Positions 1 through 10,882 of a DNA stretch of 64,000 nucleotides are shown here, in pieces. Source of the DNA: Burkholderiales bacterium (lineage in GTDB: Bacteria; Pseudomonadota; Gammaproteobacteria; Burkholderiales; JAEUOS01); NCBI GenBank assembly GCA_947473125.1, contig CANJDH010000003.1, positions 3,427-67,426 of the forward strand, in the 5' to 3' direction. The translations under genes and the position numbers were made by a program. Positions within the stretch are counted from its first letter, which is position 1. Every line of letters begins with the position of its first letter. The notes beneath the pieces are model-generated. The model was not told where the DNA came from, searched no databases, and was given only the letters and a program-made list of their open reading frames with translations.

Positions 1-1251
1 CAGCGTGGCGCCAACGTTGGTGCCCTTGCTGTCGTCGATGTACTGCACCCAGTTGATGGTGGCGACCGGCTGCACGCGATGCGGTTTACCGGCGTAATCG
101 CGCAGGGCTCTCAACATCGGCGCCAGCGGCAGGCCGATGGCGCGATTGAGGGCGATCGCGGCCAGCGCGTTGGTGGCGTTGTGCAGCCCCTTGATCTTGA
201 GCACTTCAAGCGGCATCAGGCGATTGGGCACGGCATCCTCGGAATACAGGCCGGCGCTGGCGCCGGTCCCGGCACCAGCCCACACGCCCGACCCTTCGGC
301 AAGCCAGGTCAGGCCGGCGCTGCGTGCTTCGCGCACCAGGCCGTAGTCGGTAGGCAATTGCGGCTCGCCGGCACCGAACGTGAGCACCACCGGCGGCACG
401 TCTTTTTTCTTTTTGGAATCGAACGGGCGCCGCATCGCCAGGCTCGCCGGGTCGTCCCGGTTGAGGATCTGGATGCCGCCGTTCATGAAGATGCGCGTCT
501 TGGCTGCGGCATAGGCTTGCATCGAGCCGTGCCGGTCAAGGTGGTCTTCGGACAAATTGAGCATCACCGCAGCAGCGGGCTTGAGGCTGTGCATGGTTTC
601 GAGCTGGTAGCTCGACAGTTCGAGCACCCATATCTCGGGCAAACCCGTCGGCAACTGCGCCGCCGCGGGTTGAGAAGTCGGCTCGGAAGCGGGTTCAAAA
701 ACCGCTTCGGAAGCAGTCGCAGAAGCTGGTCCCGATGAAGCTGCGGCAGCCTTGGCATCGCGCCAGGCATCGAGCGCCGCCGGCCCGATGTTGCCAGCTG
801 CGACCGCCCGTTTGCCGGCCTTTTGTGCCAGCAGTGCGGTCAGTGCAGTCACGGTGGTCTTGCCGTTGGTTCCCGTGACCGCAAGCACCCTGGGGCTGTA
901 TCCGGAGCGTGCGTGTTCCTCGGCCAGCGCCAGTGCGAACAGCTCGATGTCGCCCATGAACGGCAGGCCGCGCGCGATCGCGGCGACCACCAGCGGGTCG
1001 GCCAGCGGTCCCGACACCGGCACGCCGGGTGACACGGCCACGCCATCGATGCCTTCGAAGAGTGGCTCCTGGAGCGGCCCGCAGGCCACCTCTATGCCGG
1101 GAATGGCCTCCACCAAGGCTTTCAGGCCCGGGGGGTGAGCACGGGTGTCGGCTATGCGCAGGATCGCCCCTTGCGAAGCGAGGTGGCGCGCCATCGACAG
1201 CCCGGTTTCGCCGAGGCCCAGGACCAGTATCAGTTTGCCGTTGAAATCCAT
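1..1251 (-). CDS. murD: UDP-N-acetylmuramoyl-L-alanine--D-glutamate ligase (3' end outside the window)
   Basis: Translated by hand because it is absent from the ORF track. ATG at 1251 gives MDFNGKLILVLGLGETG...; motifs GTNGKTT, AGNIG, VLELSSYQL and DDSKGTNVGAT; lies directly downstream of mraY. Confidence 0.97.
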   Translation of the reverse strand, partial: MDFNGKLILVLGLGETGLSMARHLASQGAILRIADTRAHPPGLKALVEAIPGIEVACGPLQEPLFEGIDGVAVSPGVPVSGPLADPLVVAAIARGLPFMGDIELFALALAEEHARSGYSPRVLAVTGTNGKTTVTALTALLAQKAGKRAVAAGNIGPAALDAWRDAKAAAASSGPASATASEAVFEPASEPTSQPAAAQLPTGLPEIWVLELSSYQLETMHSLKPAAAVMLNLSEDHLDRHGSMQAYAAAKTRIFMNGGIQILNRDDPASLAMRRPFDSKKKKDVPPVVLTFGAGEPQLPTDYGLVREARSAGLTWLAEGSGVWAGAGTGASAGLYSEDAVPNRLMPLEVLKIKGLHNATNALAAIALNRAIGLPLAPMLRALRDYAGKPHRVQPVATINWVQYIDDSKGTNVGATL

Positions 1252-1276
1252 ATCGTGTCGGTCAGGTGTGCAGGAG

Positions 1277-2446
1277 TTAGCGCAACTTGAGCGTGGACAG
1301 GCCGAACAGCACCAGCATCATGGTGATGATCCAGAAGCGCACCACGACCTGGGTCTCCTTCCAGCCTTTTTGTTCGTAGTGGTGGTGCAGCGGCGCCATC
1401 AGGAGGACGCGGCGCCCGGCGCCATAGCGGCGTTTGGTGTATTTGAAGTACAGCACCTGCACCGCCACCGAAATTGTTTCGGCCACAAACACACCGCCCA
1501 TGATGGCGAGCACGATCTCCTGGCGCACGATCACCGCGACCACGCCGAGCGCGCCGCCCAGCGCCAGCGCGCCGACGTCGCCCATGAACACCTGCGCCGG
1601 GTAGGCGTTGAACCAGAGGAAACCGAGCCCGGCACCGGCCAGCGCGCCGCAAAACACGATGAGCTCGCCGGCGCCGGGAATGTAGGGAATCAGCAGGTAC
1701 TTGGCGTAGACCGCGTTGCCGGTGACATAGGCGAACAGTCCGAGCGCGCTGCCCACCATCACGGCCGGCATGATCGCCAGGCCATCGAGGCCGTCGGTCA
1801 GGTTGACCGCGTTCGAGGTGCCGACGATCACGAAGTAGCTCAGGGTGATGAAGCCGAACACGCCGAGCGGATAGGAAATCTCCTTGAAGAACGGCACGAT
1901 CAGGTTGGCCTTTTGCGGCAGCTCCATGGTGAAGCCGCTGGCGATCCACTTCATGACGAGCTCGATGATCTTGTCGGTGTTGGGGGCCGATACCGCAAAG
2001 GCGAGGTACACCGCCGCGAGCAGGCCGACCAGGCTTTGCCAGAAGTATTTCTCGCGCGCCGACAGGCCCTTGGGGTTCTTGTGCACCACCTTGCGCCAGT
2101 CGTCAACCCAGCCGATCGCACCAAAACCCAAGGTCACGACCAGCACGATCCAGACGAAGCGGTTGGTGAGATCTGCCCAGAGCAGGGTGGCGATGCCGAT
2201 CGCGATCAGGATCAGCGCGCCGCCCATGGTCGGCGTACCCGCCTTGATCAAATGGGTCTGCGGGCCGTCATCTCGCACCGACTGGCCGATCTTGTAGGCG
2301 GTAAGTTTGCGGATCACCATCGGGCCGGCGATGAGCGCGATGGCCAGTGCGGTGAGGGTGGCCATCACCGCACGCAGCGTGATGTAGGAAAAAACGTTGA
2401 AGGCGCGAATGTCTTTCGCGAGCCACTGGGCCAGTTCGAGCAGCAT
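1277..2446 (-). CDS. mraY: phospho-N-acetylmuramoyl-pentapeptide transferase
   Basis: [27 protein letters not shown] and MAPLHHHYE motifs; multiple TM helices. Confidence 0.99.
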   Translation of the reverse strand: MLLELAQWLAKDIRAFNVFSYITLRAVMATLTALAIALIAGPMVIRKLTAYKIGQSVRDDGPQTHLIKAGTPTMGGALILIAIGIATLLWADLTNRFVWIVLVVTLGFGAIGWVDDWRKVVHKNPKGLSAREKYFWQSLVGLLAAVYLAFAVSAPNTDKIIELVMKWIASGFTMELPQKANLIVPFFKEISYPLGVFGFITLSYFVIVGTSNAVNLTDGLDGLAIMPAVMVGSALGLFAYVTGNAVYAKYLLIPYIPGAGELIVFCGALAGAGLGFLWFNAYPAQVFMGDVGALALGGALGVVAVIVRQEIVLAIMGGVFVAETISVAVQVLYFKYTKRRYGAGRRVLLMAPLHHHYEQKGWKETQVVVRFWIITMMLVLFGLSTLKLR

Positions 2447-3846
2447 CAGTGCGCCCCTCCGCCGGTTTCGCCGGTGAGCGCCGCCACCACGCGCTCCATG
2501 CGCGCCGAGCGCGAGCCCTTCACCAGCAAGGTTGCGCCGGGCACCGCAAACTCGCAGGCCTTGGCGTTGATCGTATCGATGTCGTCGAAGCGCATGCCCC
2601 GGATGCCGAAGCCTTCCACCGCCGGTGCCGTGTCCGGCCCGAAGGTGAGCAACGCATCGATGCCGCGTTCTTTTGCGTAGGCACCGACTTCATGGTGATA
2701 CTTCGGCCCGTCGTCGCCGACCTCGGCCATGCGCCCGAGCACCAGCATGCGGCGCCCGGCAACATTGGCCAGCACATCGATGGCGGCACGCACCGAATCG
2801 GGATTGGCGTTATAGCTGTCGTCGATCACCACGGCGCCGCTTGTCGCAAGCTTCTTTTGCAGGCGCCCGCTGTAGGGCACGAAGGCGTTAAGGCCTGCCT
2901 CGATGGCTTCGATGCGCACGCCCGCAGCCACCGCAGCTGCAGCGGCGGCGCAGGCGTTGAGGATGTTGTGCACGCCGGGGATGCGCAGGGCGATCTCGGC
3001 GTCCCCGACCGGCGTCATCAGTTCGACGTGGCTGCCATACAGGGCCAGCTCGTAATTGGCCGACACCTCGGCGGCGATACGTATACCGAAGTCGATGATC
3101 TCGCGGTTCGGATTGCTGCTTTTCACCAGGGTGCGCCAGAAACTTGCGAACGGGTCGTCGGCGTTGATCACCGCCACGCCCCGCTCGGAGAGAAAATTGA
3201 ACACCGCGCCGTTTTCGGCGGCCACATCGGCCACCGACTTCATGAACTCCTGATGCTCGCGTTGCGCATTGTTGACCAGTGCCACCGTCGGCCGCGCGAT
3301 GTCGGCCAGGGATGCAATTTCGCCCGGATGGTTCATGCCGAGCTCGACCACGCCGATGCGGTGGTGGGCGCGCAGGCGCAGCAGGGTCAAGGGCAGGCCG
3401 ATGTCGTTGTTCAGGTTGCCCTCGGTCGCAAACGCTGCGTCCGGCGCCGCCTGAAACCGGCTGTTCACGTGCGCCGCCAGGATGCTCGCGATCATCTGCT
3501 TGACAGTGGTTTTGCCGTTGCTGCCGGTGACGGCAATCAGCGGCAGGTCAAAGCGGCTGCGCCAGTGCTGCGCCAGCCGCCCCAGGGCGACCTTGGTATC
3601 GGGTACCACGATCTGCCGCGGCAGGCCGAGGTCGCGCGACAGCAAGACGCCGGCAGCGCCCTGCTGCAGGGCGCTGCCGGCAAAGTCATGCCCGTCAAAG
3701 CGCTCGCCGGCCAGGGCGACGAACAAATCACCTGCCTGAATCGAACGGCTGTCGGTGGTCACGCGCTCGAAGCGCGCATCCTCGGCCGGCAACGCCAGGT
3801 GCAGCGCGGTGGCCGCCTCATGCAGTGTCATCATGCTTTCGCTCAT
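2446..3846 (-). CDS. murF: UDP-MurNAc-tripeptide--D-Ala-D-Ala ligase
   Basis: [34 protein letters not shown] and LVKGSR motifs. Confidence 0.98.
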   Translation of the reverse strand: MSESMMTLHEAATALHLALPAEDARFERVTTDSRSIQAGDLFVALAGERFDGHDFAGSALQQGAAGVLLSRDLGLPRQIVVPDTKVALGRLAQHWRSRFDLPLIAVTGSNGKTTVKQMIASILAAHVNSRFQAAPDAAFATEGNLNNDIGLPLTLLRLRAHHRIGVVELGMNHPGEIASLADIARPTVALVNNAQREHQEFMKSVADVAAENGAVFNFLSERGVAVINADDPFASFWRTLVKSSNPNREIIDFGIRIAAEVSANYELALYGSHVELMTPVGDAEIALRIPGVHNILNACAAAAAAVAAGVRIEAIEAGLNAFVPYSGRLQKKLATSGAVVIDDSYNANPDSVRAAIDVLANVAGRRMLVLGRMAEVGDDGPKYHHEVGAYAKERGIDALLTFGPDTAPAVEGFGIRGMRFDDIDTINAKACEFAVPGATLLVKGSRSARMERVVAALTGETGGGAH

Positions 3847-5375
3847 CGCTGCTCACCCCGGGTGCGATTGTGCAAGGCGTCGCGGGCCGCATCATGGTCG
3901 GAAAATGGCAACTTTCTGCCGCCGACTTCCTGGTAGCGTTCATGCCCCTTGCCGGCGATCAGAACCACATCGCGCGGGCCGGCCGCGCCGACCGCCCGTG
4001 CAATCGCCTGGGCGCGGTCTGGCACCACCAGCCGCGGCTTGACCATGCCAGCCTCGATCGCGGCGATGATGGCTTCCGGGGCTTCGCTGCGCGGGTTGTC
4101 GCTGGTCAGCATGACGGCATCGGCCCGGCTCTCGGCCACACCGCCCATCAGCGGGCGCTTGCCGTGGTCGCGATCGCCGCCGCAACCGAATACGACGCGC
4201 AAGGCACCCTGGCGCGATTGCGCGATCGGTCGCAGCGTGGCCAGTGCTTTGTCGAGCGCATCGGGCGTGTGAGCGTAATCGATCACCACCAGCGGCGCAG
4301 CGTCACCGCCGATGGCGTTCATGCGCCCGGGCACGGCATGGATGCTTTGCAGCGCGTGTACCGCGGCATCAAACGGCACTCCCGCCGCGATCAGCGTGCC
4401 GATGACGGCGAGCAGGTTGCTGACATTGAACTCGCCCCAGACCGGCGCGGCGATGCTGGCCGCGCCCCAGTTGCTGTTGACGCTGAACCGCACGCCGCGT
4501 TCGTCGAAGTGGATGTCGCTGGCGACCAGGCGCCCCTCATCTTCGACAAACTCGGCCACCGGCGACTTGCCGGCGATGCAGTAAGCGATGCGATCGAGGC
4601 GGTCGGCGGTCAGCGCCATCAGGCGCACGCCCATCGGGTCATCCAGATTGATGACGACGTGCTCAAGGCCCTCATGCTGGAACAAGCGGGTCTTGGCCGC
4701 TTCATACGCGGCCATCGACGTGTGGTAATCGAGGTGGTCACGACTGAAGTTGGTAAACACCGCACAGTCAAAGGCCACGCCAGCCACCCGCGCCTGGTCA
4801 AGCCCGATCGACGATACTTCCATTGCGCAGGCGGCAGCCCCGGCGTCGTGCATCGCCTTGAGGGCACGTTGCAGGAGGATGGCATCGGGGGTCGTATTCG
4901 CGGCGCCGCCTGCAGCAGCAGGCAGCACCTCGGACCCGGCGAAGGTGGAGCCCAGCGTTCCGATCACGCCGCAGGGTTTGCTGCAAGCCTCGAGGGCCTG
5001 CGCGATCCACTGGCTGACCGAGGTCTTGCCATTGGTGCCGGTCACGCCGGCGATGAACAGGGATTCCGAGGGGAAACCATACGCCTCGCTGGAAATGGCT
5101 CCCACCAAGGGTTTTAGGCCATCCACCGCGACGTTCGGGACACGCCATTCGTCGCGCCAGTCGAAGCCCGCACGCTCCCAGAGCACTGCTGCCGCGCCGC
5201 GGGCGAGTGCATCGGCAATGAAGCGGCGACCGTCGGTGCGCCCGTCATGCCCCGGATACGCGACAAACACGTCCCCGGCCTGCACACTGCGGCTGTCGGC
5301 TGTCAGCGCGCTTACCTTGATGCTGCTCAGCATGGCGAGAATCTCATGTGGGTTCACGAGCCTCCTGGCGTGCAT
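3843..5375 (-). CDS. murE: UDP-MurNAc-L-Ala-D-Glu--meso-DAP ligase
   Basis: TGTNGKTS, MEVSS, DHLDYH, DYAHTPDA and DNPR (the DAP-specific motif). Confidence 0.98.
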   Translation of the reverse strand: MHARRLVNPHEILAMLSSIKVSALTADSRSVQAGDVFVAYPGHDGRTDGRRFIADALARGAAAVLWERAGFDWRDEWRVPNVAVDGLKPLVGAISSEAYGFPSESLFIAGVTGTNGKTSVSQWIAQALEACSKPCGVIGTLGSTFAGSEVLPAAAGGAANTTPDAILLQRALKAMHDAGAAACAMEVSSIGLDQARVAGVAFDCAVFTNFSRDHLDYHTSMAAYEAAKTRLFQHEGLEHVVINLDDPMGVRLMALTADRLDRIAYCIAGKSPVAEFVEDEGRLVASDIHFDERGVRFSVNSNWGAASIAAPVWGEFNVSNLLAVIGTLIAAGVPFDAAVHALQSIHAVPGRMNAIGGDAAPLVVIDYAHTPDALDKALATLRPIAQSRQGALRVVFGCGGDRDHGKRPLMGGVAESRADAVMLTSDNPRSEAPEAIIAAIEAGMVKPRLVVPDRAQAIARAVGAAGPRDVVLIAGKGHERYQEVGGRKLPFSDHDAARDALHNRTRGEQR

Positions 5376-5405
5376 GCGACAAACCGGCGCGTGGCTGTGC
5401 GTGCC

Positions 5406-7133
5406 TCATATGCTCTCCTTCACGGTGTCGCCCTCGCTCGGCAGCGCAATCGGCTTCATGGGCGCATCGGGAGCGACCCCGAGCTGGCGCAATGCGCCGC
5501 CAACCACCGAACTGAACACCGGCGCGGCGACATCGCCGCCGAAATACTTGCCGTTGGAGGGCTCGTCGATCATCACCGCGACGACAATGCGCGGGTCGGA
5601 GGCAGGTGCGAAACCGACAAACGAGCCGCGGTATTTCTTCTCGGCGTAGGCTCCGTTTTCGAGCTTGTGCGCCGTGCCGGTCTTGCCGGCCACGCGATAG
5701 CCCATCACCTGTGCACGCGGCGCGGTGCCGCCGGGGCCAGCCGCCATCTCAAGCATCATGCGCACCGCGCGCGCGGTCTCGGACGACACCACCGGCGTGC
5801 CCAATACCGGCCCGCCGGCCTTGATGAAGGTAACTGGTGCGATGTCGCCGTCGCGCGCGAAGATGGTGTAGGCGCGCGCCAGCTGCAGCAGCGACGCCGA
5901 CAGGCCATAGCCGTAGGACATGGTGACCTGCTCGATCGGACGCCAGGTTTTCGCGGGCCGCACCTTGCCGGCCACTGCACCCGGGAACTGCACCTGCGGC
6001 TGGATGCCAAAGCCGGACTTGTTGAAGATATCCCACATGTCCTGGCGATCCATCTGCATGGCCAGCTTGGCGGTACCGACGTTGCTCGATTTCTGGATCA
6101 CCTCGGCCACCGTGAGCGGGCCATGCGGATGCGCGTCGCTGATGGTGGAATTGCCGACGGAGAAGCGCCCCGGTGCCGTCTGGATCACGCTATCGGGCCG
6201 CACTTTGGCGAGGTCCAGCGCCAGGGCGATGGTGAAGGGTTTGATGGTCGAGCCCGGCTCGAAGGTGTCGGTGAGCACGCGATTGCGCAATTGCGCGCCG
6301 GTCAGCAGGCTGCGATTGTTCGGGTTGTAGGCCGGCAGGTTGGCCAACGCGAGCACCTCGCCGGTACGGATGTCGAGCACGACAATGCCGCCGGCCTTGG
6401 CCTTGTGCGCCTCGACCGCATTCTTGAGCTGGCTGAACGCGAGGTACTGGATCTTGCTGTCGATCGACAAGGCCAGATCCTTGCCCTCGCGCGGCGCGGC
6501 CACGCTGGCAACGTCTTCAACGATGTTGCCACGCCGGTCCTTGATGACGCGACGGCTGCCGTTTTTCCCCGCGAGCGAGGCCTGGAACGCGAGCTCGATG
6601 CCTTCCTGCCCGGATTCGTCGACGCCGGTAAAGCCGAGAACATGTGCAGCGACTTCACCGGCCGGGTAGTAGCGGCGGTATTCGCGCTGCTGGTGGATCC
6701 CGGCGATGTTGAGCAACGTGACCCGCTCGGCCTGCTCGGGAGACAGCTGGCGCTTGAGGTAGACGAATTCGCGATCTTCCTCGGCGAGCTTCTTGTCGAG
6801 CTCGTCGAGCGGCATTTGCAGTACCGCCGCCAGCTGGCGCACCTGGTCGCGCGTCGCCTTGACGTCTTCCGGAATCGCCCAGACCGATTTCACCGGCGTC
6901 GACGCCGCCAGAATTTCACCATGGCGGTCGGTGATGTTGCCGCGATTGGCGCTGATCTCGATGACGCGACTGTAGCGGTTCTCGCCCTTTTGCTGCAGGA
7001 AATCGTTGTTCCAGCCCTGCAGGTAGAGGGCGCGCGCAATCAGCGCCATGAAGCCGACGAATACCAGCGCCAGCATCATGCGCGAGCGCCATAGCGGCAA
7101 GCGCAGTTGCAGGACCGGATTGGCGAGGTTCAC
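5406..7133 (-). CDS. ftsI: penicillin-binding protein 3 (septal transpeptidase)
   Basis: SxxK (GSTIK), SxN (SSN) and KTG motifs; N-terminal TM. Start placed at GTG 7133, overlapping the ftsL stop, instead of the track's 7286. Confidence 0.97.
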   Translation of the reverse strand: MNLANPVLQLRLPLWRSRMMLALVFVGFMALIARALYLQGWNNDFLQQKGENRYSRVIEISANRGNITDRHGEILAASTPVKSVWAIPEDVKATRDQVRQLAAVLQMPLDELDKKLAEEDREFVYLKRQLSPEQAERVTLLNIAGIHQQREYRRYYPAGEVAAHVLGFTGVDESGQEGIELAFQASLAGKNGSRRVIKDRRGNIVEDVASVAAPREGKDLALSIDSKIQYLAFSQLKNAVEAHKAKAGGIVVLDIRTGEVLALANLPAYNPNNRSLLTGAQLRNRVLTDTFEPGSTIKPFTIALALDLAKVRPDSVIQTAPGRFSVGNSTISDAHPHGPLTVAEVIQKSSNVGTAKLAMQMDRQDMWDIFNKSGFGIQPQVQFPGAVAGKVRPAKTWRPIEQVTMSYGYGLSASLLQLARAYTIFARDGDIAPVTFIKAGGPVLGTPVVSSETARAVRMMLEMAAGPGGTAPRAQVMGYRVAGKTGTAHKLENGAYAEKKYRGSFVGFAPASDPRIVVAVMIDEPSNGKYFGGDVAAPVFSSVVGGALRQLGVAPDAPMKPIALPSEGDTVKESI

Positions 7134-7423
7134 GGCGCGCCTCCGGCAACAGGCTTCATCGGGCTGGCGGTCACGTACTGGGTACGCGCCGCATCGGGGG
7201 TGCGCATGCCGAGCTGCCTGGTAGCGAGGCCTTCGACCAGGGCATGCTTGGCCCAGGTCGATTGCTCCAGTTGCAGCTGGCCCCACTCGACTTCAATGCG
7301 TTTTTGCTCCGCCTGCCCGTTCTCGAGGGCAATGAACAGCTTGCGCGCGCGATGGGTGGATGCCACCGTGGCGAGCGCACTGGCCAGAAGCAATGCGAGG
7401 AGGATCAGGGTGGCTTTGCTCAT
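7130..7423 (-). CDS. ftsL: cell division protein FtsL
   Basis: 97 aa, TM plus coiled coil with [13 protein letters not shown]; lies between rsmH and ftsI. Confidence 0.95.
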   Translation of the reverse strand: MSKATLILLALLLASALATVASTHRARKLFIALENGQAEQKRIEVEWGQLQLEQSTWAKHALVEGLATRQLGMRTPDAARTQYVTASPMKPVAGGAP

Positions 7424-8451
7424 CGCGGTGCGGCAAATCGGGAAGTTCGGGCGTCGCTGCGCGGCGCCGTGCGCTCGGAAGTTCTCTCGATGACGCGCAT
7501 CGTGGCGCTGCGCGAACGCGGGTTGCGTGCCACTTCGTCGACGCTCGGACGCAGCGCCTTGCCCACCAGCCGGTACCCCGGCTGCGGCAGCTCGCTGGCG
7601 CGCAAGGGAACGCGTTTTGGCGGTACCGGCGGCTGGGCGCGTGCACGCATCGAATGTTTGACGATGCGATCCTCAAGCGAGTGAAAACTGATCACCGCGA
7701 GCCTGCCGTTGGTAGCCAGTCGGTCCATGGCCTGGTTCAACCCTGTTTGCAGTTCTTCAAGCTCCTGATTGACGTGAATCCGTAAAGCCTGAAAGGTGCG
7801 AGTGGCCGGATCCTGCCCCGGTTCCGGCCTGCGCCGGAGCGCACGGAAGACGTCCGCAACGAGGGCGGCAAGCGCGCCGGTGCTGCGGATGGGTTCAAGC
7901 GCGCGGCGAGCCACAATCGCTTGTGCAATCTGAAAAGCATGCCGTTCTTCCCCATAATTTTTCAGCGCCTCCCGTATTTGTTGTTCCGTTGCACTTTCAA
8001 GCCATTGCGCAGCGGTAAAGCCGCGCGTCGTATCCATGCGCATGTCGAGTGGGCCGTCGCGCCGGAACGAAAAGCCGCGCTCCGCCACATCGACCTGCGG
8101 GGACGACACCCCCAGATCCATCAGCACCCCATCGACCGCATCCACACCACACCCATCGAGCACTGCATCAAGCGAAGCAAACCCGGCGTGCACGCATTCG
8201 AATCTGACGCCAGCCTTAACCTGCTCGATCGACGCAGCCATTACCGCCGCCGCCGCCACCGCATCCGGGTCCTTGTCGAGCGCAATCACGCGCCCCCCGT
8301 TTGGCGACAATTGCGACAGACGCTGTACGATCAGCCGGCTGTGCCCTCCGCGCCCGAAAGTGCAGTCCACATAAGTTCCGTCCGCCCTGAGCTTGAGTGC
8401 ATCGACGGCTTCCTGAAGCAAAACCGTGATGTGTTGTGGCGCGTCATTCAC
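7420..8451 (-). CDS. rsmH: 16S rRNA m4C1402 methyltransferase
   Basis: [30 protein letters not shown] and NPRSRSA motifs. Confidence 0.98.
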   Translation of the reverse strand: MNDAPQHITVLLQEAVDALKLRADGTYVDCTFGRGGHSRLIVQRLSQLSPNGGRVIALDKDPDAVAAAAVMAASIEQVKAGVRFECVHAGFASLDAVLDGCGVDAVDGVLMDLGVSSPQVDVAERGFSFRRDGPLDMRMDTTRGFTAAQWLESATEQQIREALKNYGEERHAFQIAQAIVARRALEPIRSTGALAALVADVFRALRRRPEPGQDPATRTFQALRIHVNQELEELQTGLNQAMDRLATNGRLAVISFHSLEDRIVKHSMRARAQPPVPPKRVPLRASELPQPGYRLVGKALRPSVDEVARNPRSRSATMRVIERTSERTAPRSDARTSRFAAPR

Positions 8452-8457
8452 TCAAGC

Positions 8458-8886
8458 CTAGAAGGAAAAATTCGCGAGCGCGGGCGGCATGCCCGCGGCG
8501 ATGGTGTCGGATTCGTGCTGGCCGAGGGTCGGCGCATCCCAAATTTCGAAGTGGCTACCCATACCCATCATGGTGATGTCTTTGGCGAGCTTCGCTGCAT
8601 CGCGCAACTCGGGGCTGATCAACACGCGCCCGGCACCGTCCATCTCGACATCCATCGCACTGCCAAGAAAAATCCGCTGCCAGCCCTTGGCCGGAAGTGG
8701 CCAGGCTGCAATGTCTTCGCGCTTGGCTTCCCATACCGGACGCGGCAACAGGAGCAAACAGCCGTGCGGGTGCTTCGTCAACGTGAGCCGTCCCTCACAC
8801 TGCAGTTGCAATGCGTCGCGATGCCTTGTGGGGATGGTCATTCTCCCCTTGGCGTCCAGGCTTAAATTTGCAGCGCCTTGGAACAT
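8458..8886 (-). CDS. mraZ: division/cell wall cluster transcriptional repressor
   Basis: LDAKGR and DGAGRVLI repeats; first gene of the dcw cluster. Confidence 0.98.
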   Translation of the reverse strand: MFQGAANLSLDAKGRMTIPTRHRDALQLQCEGRLTLTKHPHGCLLLLPRPVWEAKREDIAAWPLPAKGWQRIFLGSAMDVEMDGAGRVLISPELRDAAKLAKDITMMGMGSHFEIWDAPTLGQHESDTIAAGMPPALANFSF

Positions 8887-8975
8887 GCTCTTGTTTGCCT
8901 CGTCTCACCCGGTCAACACGGAAGTGGAAAAAAAAAGCCGAAATCGGGCTATTTCAAACATGCGATTTAGGGCCT

Positions 8976-9005
8976 TTTTTACCACTTTTTCCTACATTCT
9001 CCCAC
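8976..9005 (-). promoter_or_regulatory. MraZ operator: three 10-bp-period GTGGG-like boxes
   Basis: Minus strand reads GTGGGAGAAT-GTAGGAAAAA-GTGGTAAAAA, matching the known MraZ direct-repeat box and overlapping the mraZ -10. Confidence 0.8.
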
Positions 9006-9032
9006 TGTAGAGCATGGTGATAGCAAATGCAA
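9004..9032 (-). promoter_or_regulatory. sigma70-type promoter of the dcw cluster
   Basis: Minus strand TTGCAT-N17-TACAGT, directly abutting the MraZ boxes. Confidence 0.7.
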
Positions 9033-9219
9033 GGGCAAATCCGTTTTTTTCAATCAAGACAATGACTTACGGGCAATTTTTAAGAATTGTCTTGCAAATA
9101 AAATTCAATTGAATCAATATGATTCAAAGATTGATTAAAGTGAATTCTTGAATTTATCTGGGCGCGCGGTGCGCCAGCGCACTGCAACGCGCATCAGAGG
9201 CATGCAACTATTTCTGTGA

Positions 9220-9246
9220 TTAGCACTCTTATGCTTGGAGTGCTAA
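9220..9246 (+). promoter_or_regulatory. CIRCE element (HrcA operator) upstream of rpoH
   Basis: Perfect consensus TTAGCACTC-ttatgcttg(N9)-GAGTGCTAA. Confidence 0.95.
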
Positions 9247-9312
9247 ACTAGCCCACATTCACCGGCCCGACGCCCACGAAGCGTTACCCGCCCGCTAGAA
9301 GGAGAGCAATAC

Positions 9313-10197
9313 ATGACTACCGCAATCGCCCTGTCGAACCCAAACCCCTGGAACCTGCCGGTCCCGTCTACCGTTGGCACGATCGATGGTTATATCCAGG
9401 CGGTTAACCGGTTCCCGATCCTGTCGCCAGAAGACGAATTGCGTTTCGCGCGCGACTATCGCGACAAGGAAGACCTCAACGCCGCTGGTCGACTGGTGAT
9501 GTCGCACCTGCGCCTTGTGGTGTCGGTAGCACGCGGCTACCTTGGCTATGGCCTGCCTCATGCCGACCTGATCCAGGAAGGCAATATTGGCCTGATGAAG
9601 GCAGTAAAGCGCTTCGACCCGGAACGCGGCGTGCGTCTGGTGTCATTCGCATTGCACTGGATCCGCGCGGAAATTCACGAGTACGTGTTGCGCAACTGGC
9701 GCATGGTGAAAATCGCCACGACCAAGGCGCAACGCAAACTATTTTTCAACCTGCGTAGCCACAAGAAAGGGCTGTCGACCTTCACACCCGACCAGGTCGA
9801 TGCGCTGGCGGCAGAACTGAACGTCAAACGCGAGGAAGTATTGGAAATGGAAACGCGCATCTCGGGCGGAGACGTCGCCCTGGAAGCACCGCACGACCAG
9901 GAAGACGACAACAACTTTGCGCCGATCTCCTACCTCGTCGATACCGCCGACGAACCCTCGCGCGTACTTGAAACCAAGCAGCTTGAGAGCCGGCACACCG
10001 AAGGTCTGCAGCAAGCGCTGGCATCGCTCGACGAGCGCAGCCGCCGCATCATCGAGGCACGCTGGCTCAAGGCAGAGCAGGACCAGCTAACGCTGCACGA
10101 CCTCGCCGCAGAATTCAAGGTCTCCGCCGAGCGGATTCGCCAGATCGAAGTCAAGGCAATGAAGAAGATGAAATCCGCACTCGCGGAATACGCCTGA
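9313..10197 (+). CDS. rpoH: heat-shock sigma factor sigma32
   Basis: ADLIQEGNIGLMKAVKRFDP, RpoH box QRKLFFNLR and region 4 VSAERIRQIE. Confidence 0.98.
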   Translation: MTTAIALSNPNPWNLPVPSTVGTIDGYIQAVNRFPILSPEDELRFARDYRDKEDLNAAGRLVMSHLRLVVSVARGYLGYGLPHADLIQEGNIGLMKAVKRFDPERGVRLVSFALHWIRAEIHEYVLRNWRMVKIATTKAQRKLFFNLRSHKKGLSTFTPDQVDALAAELNVKREEVLEMETRISGGDVALEAPHDQEDDNNFAPISYLVDTADEPSRVLETKQLESRHTEGLQQALASLDERSRRIIEARWLKAEQDQLTLHDLAAEFKVSAERIRQIEVKAMKKMKSALAEYA

Positions 10198-10224
10198 GCA
10201 CCTGGCGGCGCAGCCGCAAATGCA

Positions 10225-10262
10225 AGAGCCCGTTTTACGCGAGTAAACGGGCTCTATTTTTT

Positions 10263-10263
<1 letters not shown>
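10225..10263. terminator. intrinsic terminator between the convergent rpoH and tRNA-Thr genes
   Basis: AGAGCCCGTTT-tac-gcga-gt-AAACGGGCTCT hairpin followed by a T run. Confidence 0.8.
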
Positions 10264-10338
<75 letters not shown>

Positions 10339-10379
10339 TGGTGCCTCTCGTGTGCGGCTATTCTACGACGCGCCCAGCC

Positions 10380-10835
10380 CTATTTGACCACGGTGAACTT
10401 GGGCCTTCCGCCGCGCGGTGGGTGCTGCGGGCCATCTGCGGCTTGGGAATCAATGGCTGCCGCTTCTGGTGTCGGTTCGCGGCGCAGTTCTGTCACCTCA
10501 AACCCCATGCCGTGCCCATTTTCACGGGCGTAGATTGCGGCAACCCGTTCGATGGGCACCGAAATCTCGCGTGCCACGCCGCCAAATCGCGCAGCAAAGG
10601 TCAATACATCGTTGCCGATCTTGAGGCCGCTGGTCGCATCGAACGACACATTCAGGACAATCTGGCCATCCTTTACATATTCGTTCGGTACGCGCGTTGA
10701 AGCATCCACGGTGACCGTGATGTAGGGCGTGAAACCATTGTCAGTACACCACTCGTAGAGCGCACGCAGAAAATACGGTTTGGTCGACGCCGCATGGGCG
10801 GCGGGAGGAAGGATCTCGTTGCCTGACTCAGCCAT
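10380..10835 (-). CDS. sspB: ClpXP adaptor, stringent starvation protein B
   Basis: STKPYFLRALYEWCTDNGFTPY, IYARENGHGM and a C-terminal ClpX-binding tail (FTVVK); start placed at ATG 10835. Confidence 0.96.
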   Translation of the reverse strand: MAESGNEILPPAAHAASTKPYFLRALYEWCTDNGFTPYITVTVDASTRVPNEYVKDGQIVLNVSFDATSGLKIGNDVLTFAARFGGVAREISVPIERVAAIYARENGHGMGFEVTELRREPTPEAAAIDSQAADGPQHPPRGGRPKFTVVK

Positions 10836-10882
10836 GCGCTCGACGACTCTCGGAATCGATTCGGGTTGACGCGTGCGCAAGG

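Noticed and set aside
1145-7094. Long plus-strand ORFs (511, 495, 430 and 615 aa) opposite the dcw genes
   Set aside because: Antisense shadows of GC-rich genes; no recognisable motifs, while the minus-strand ORFs are clear conserved proteins.
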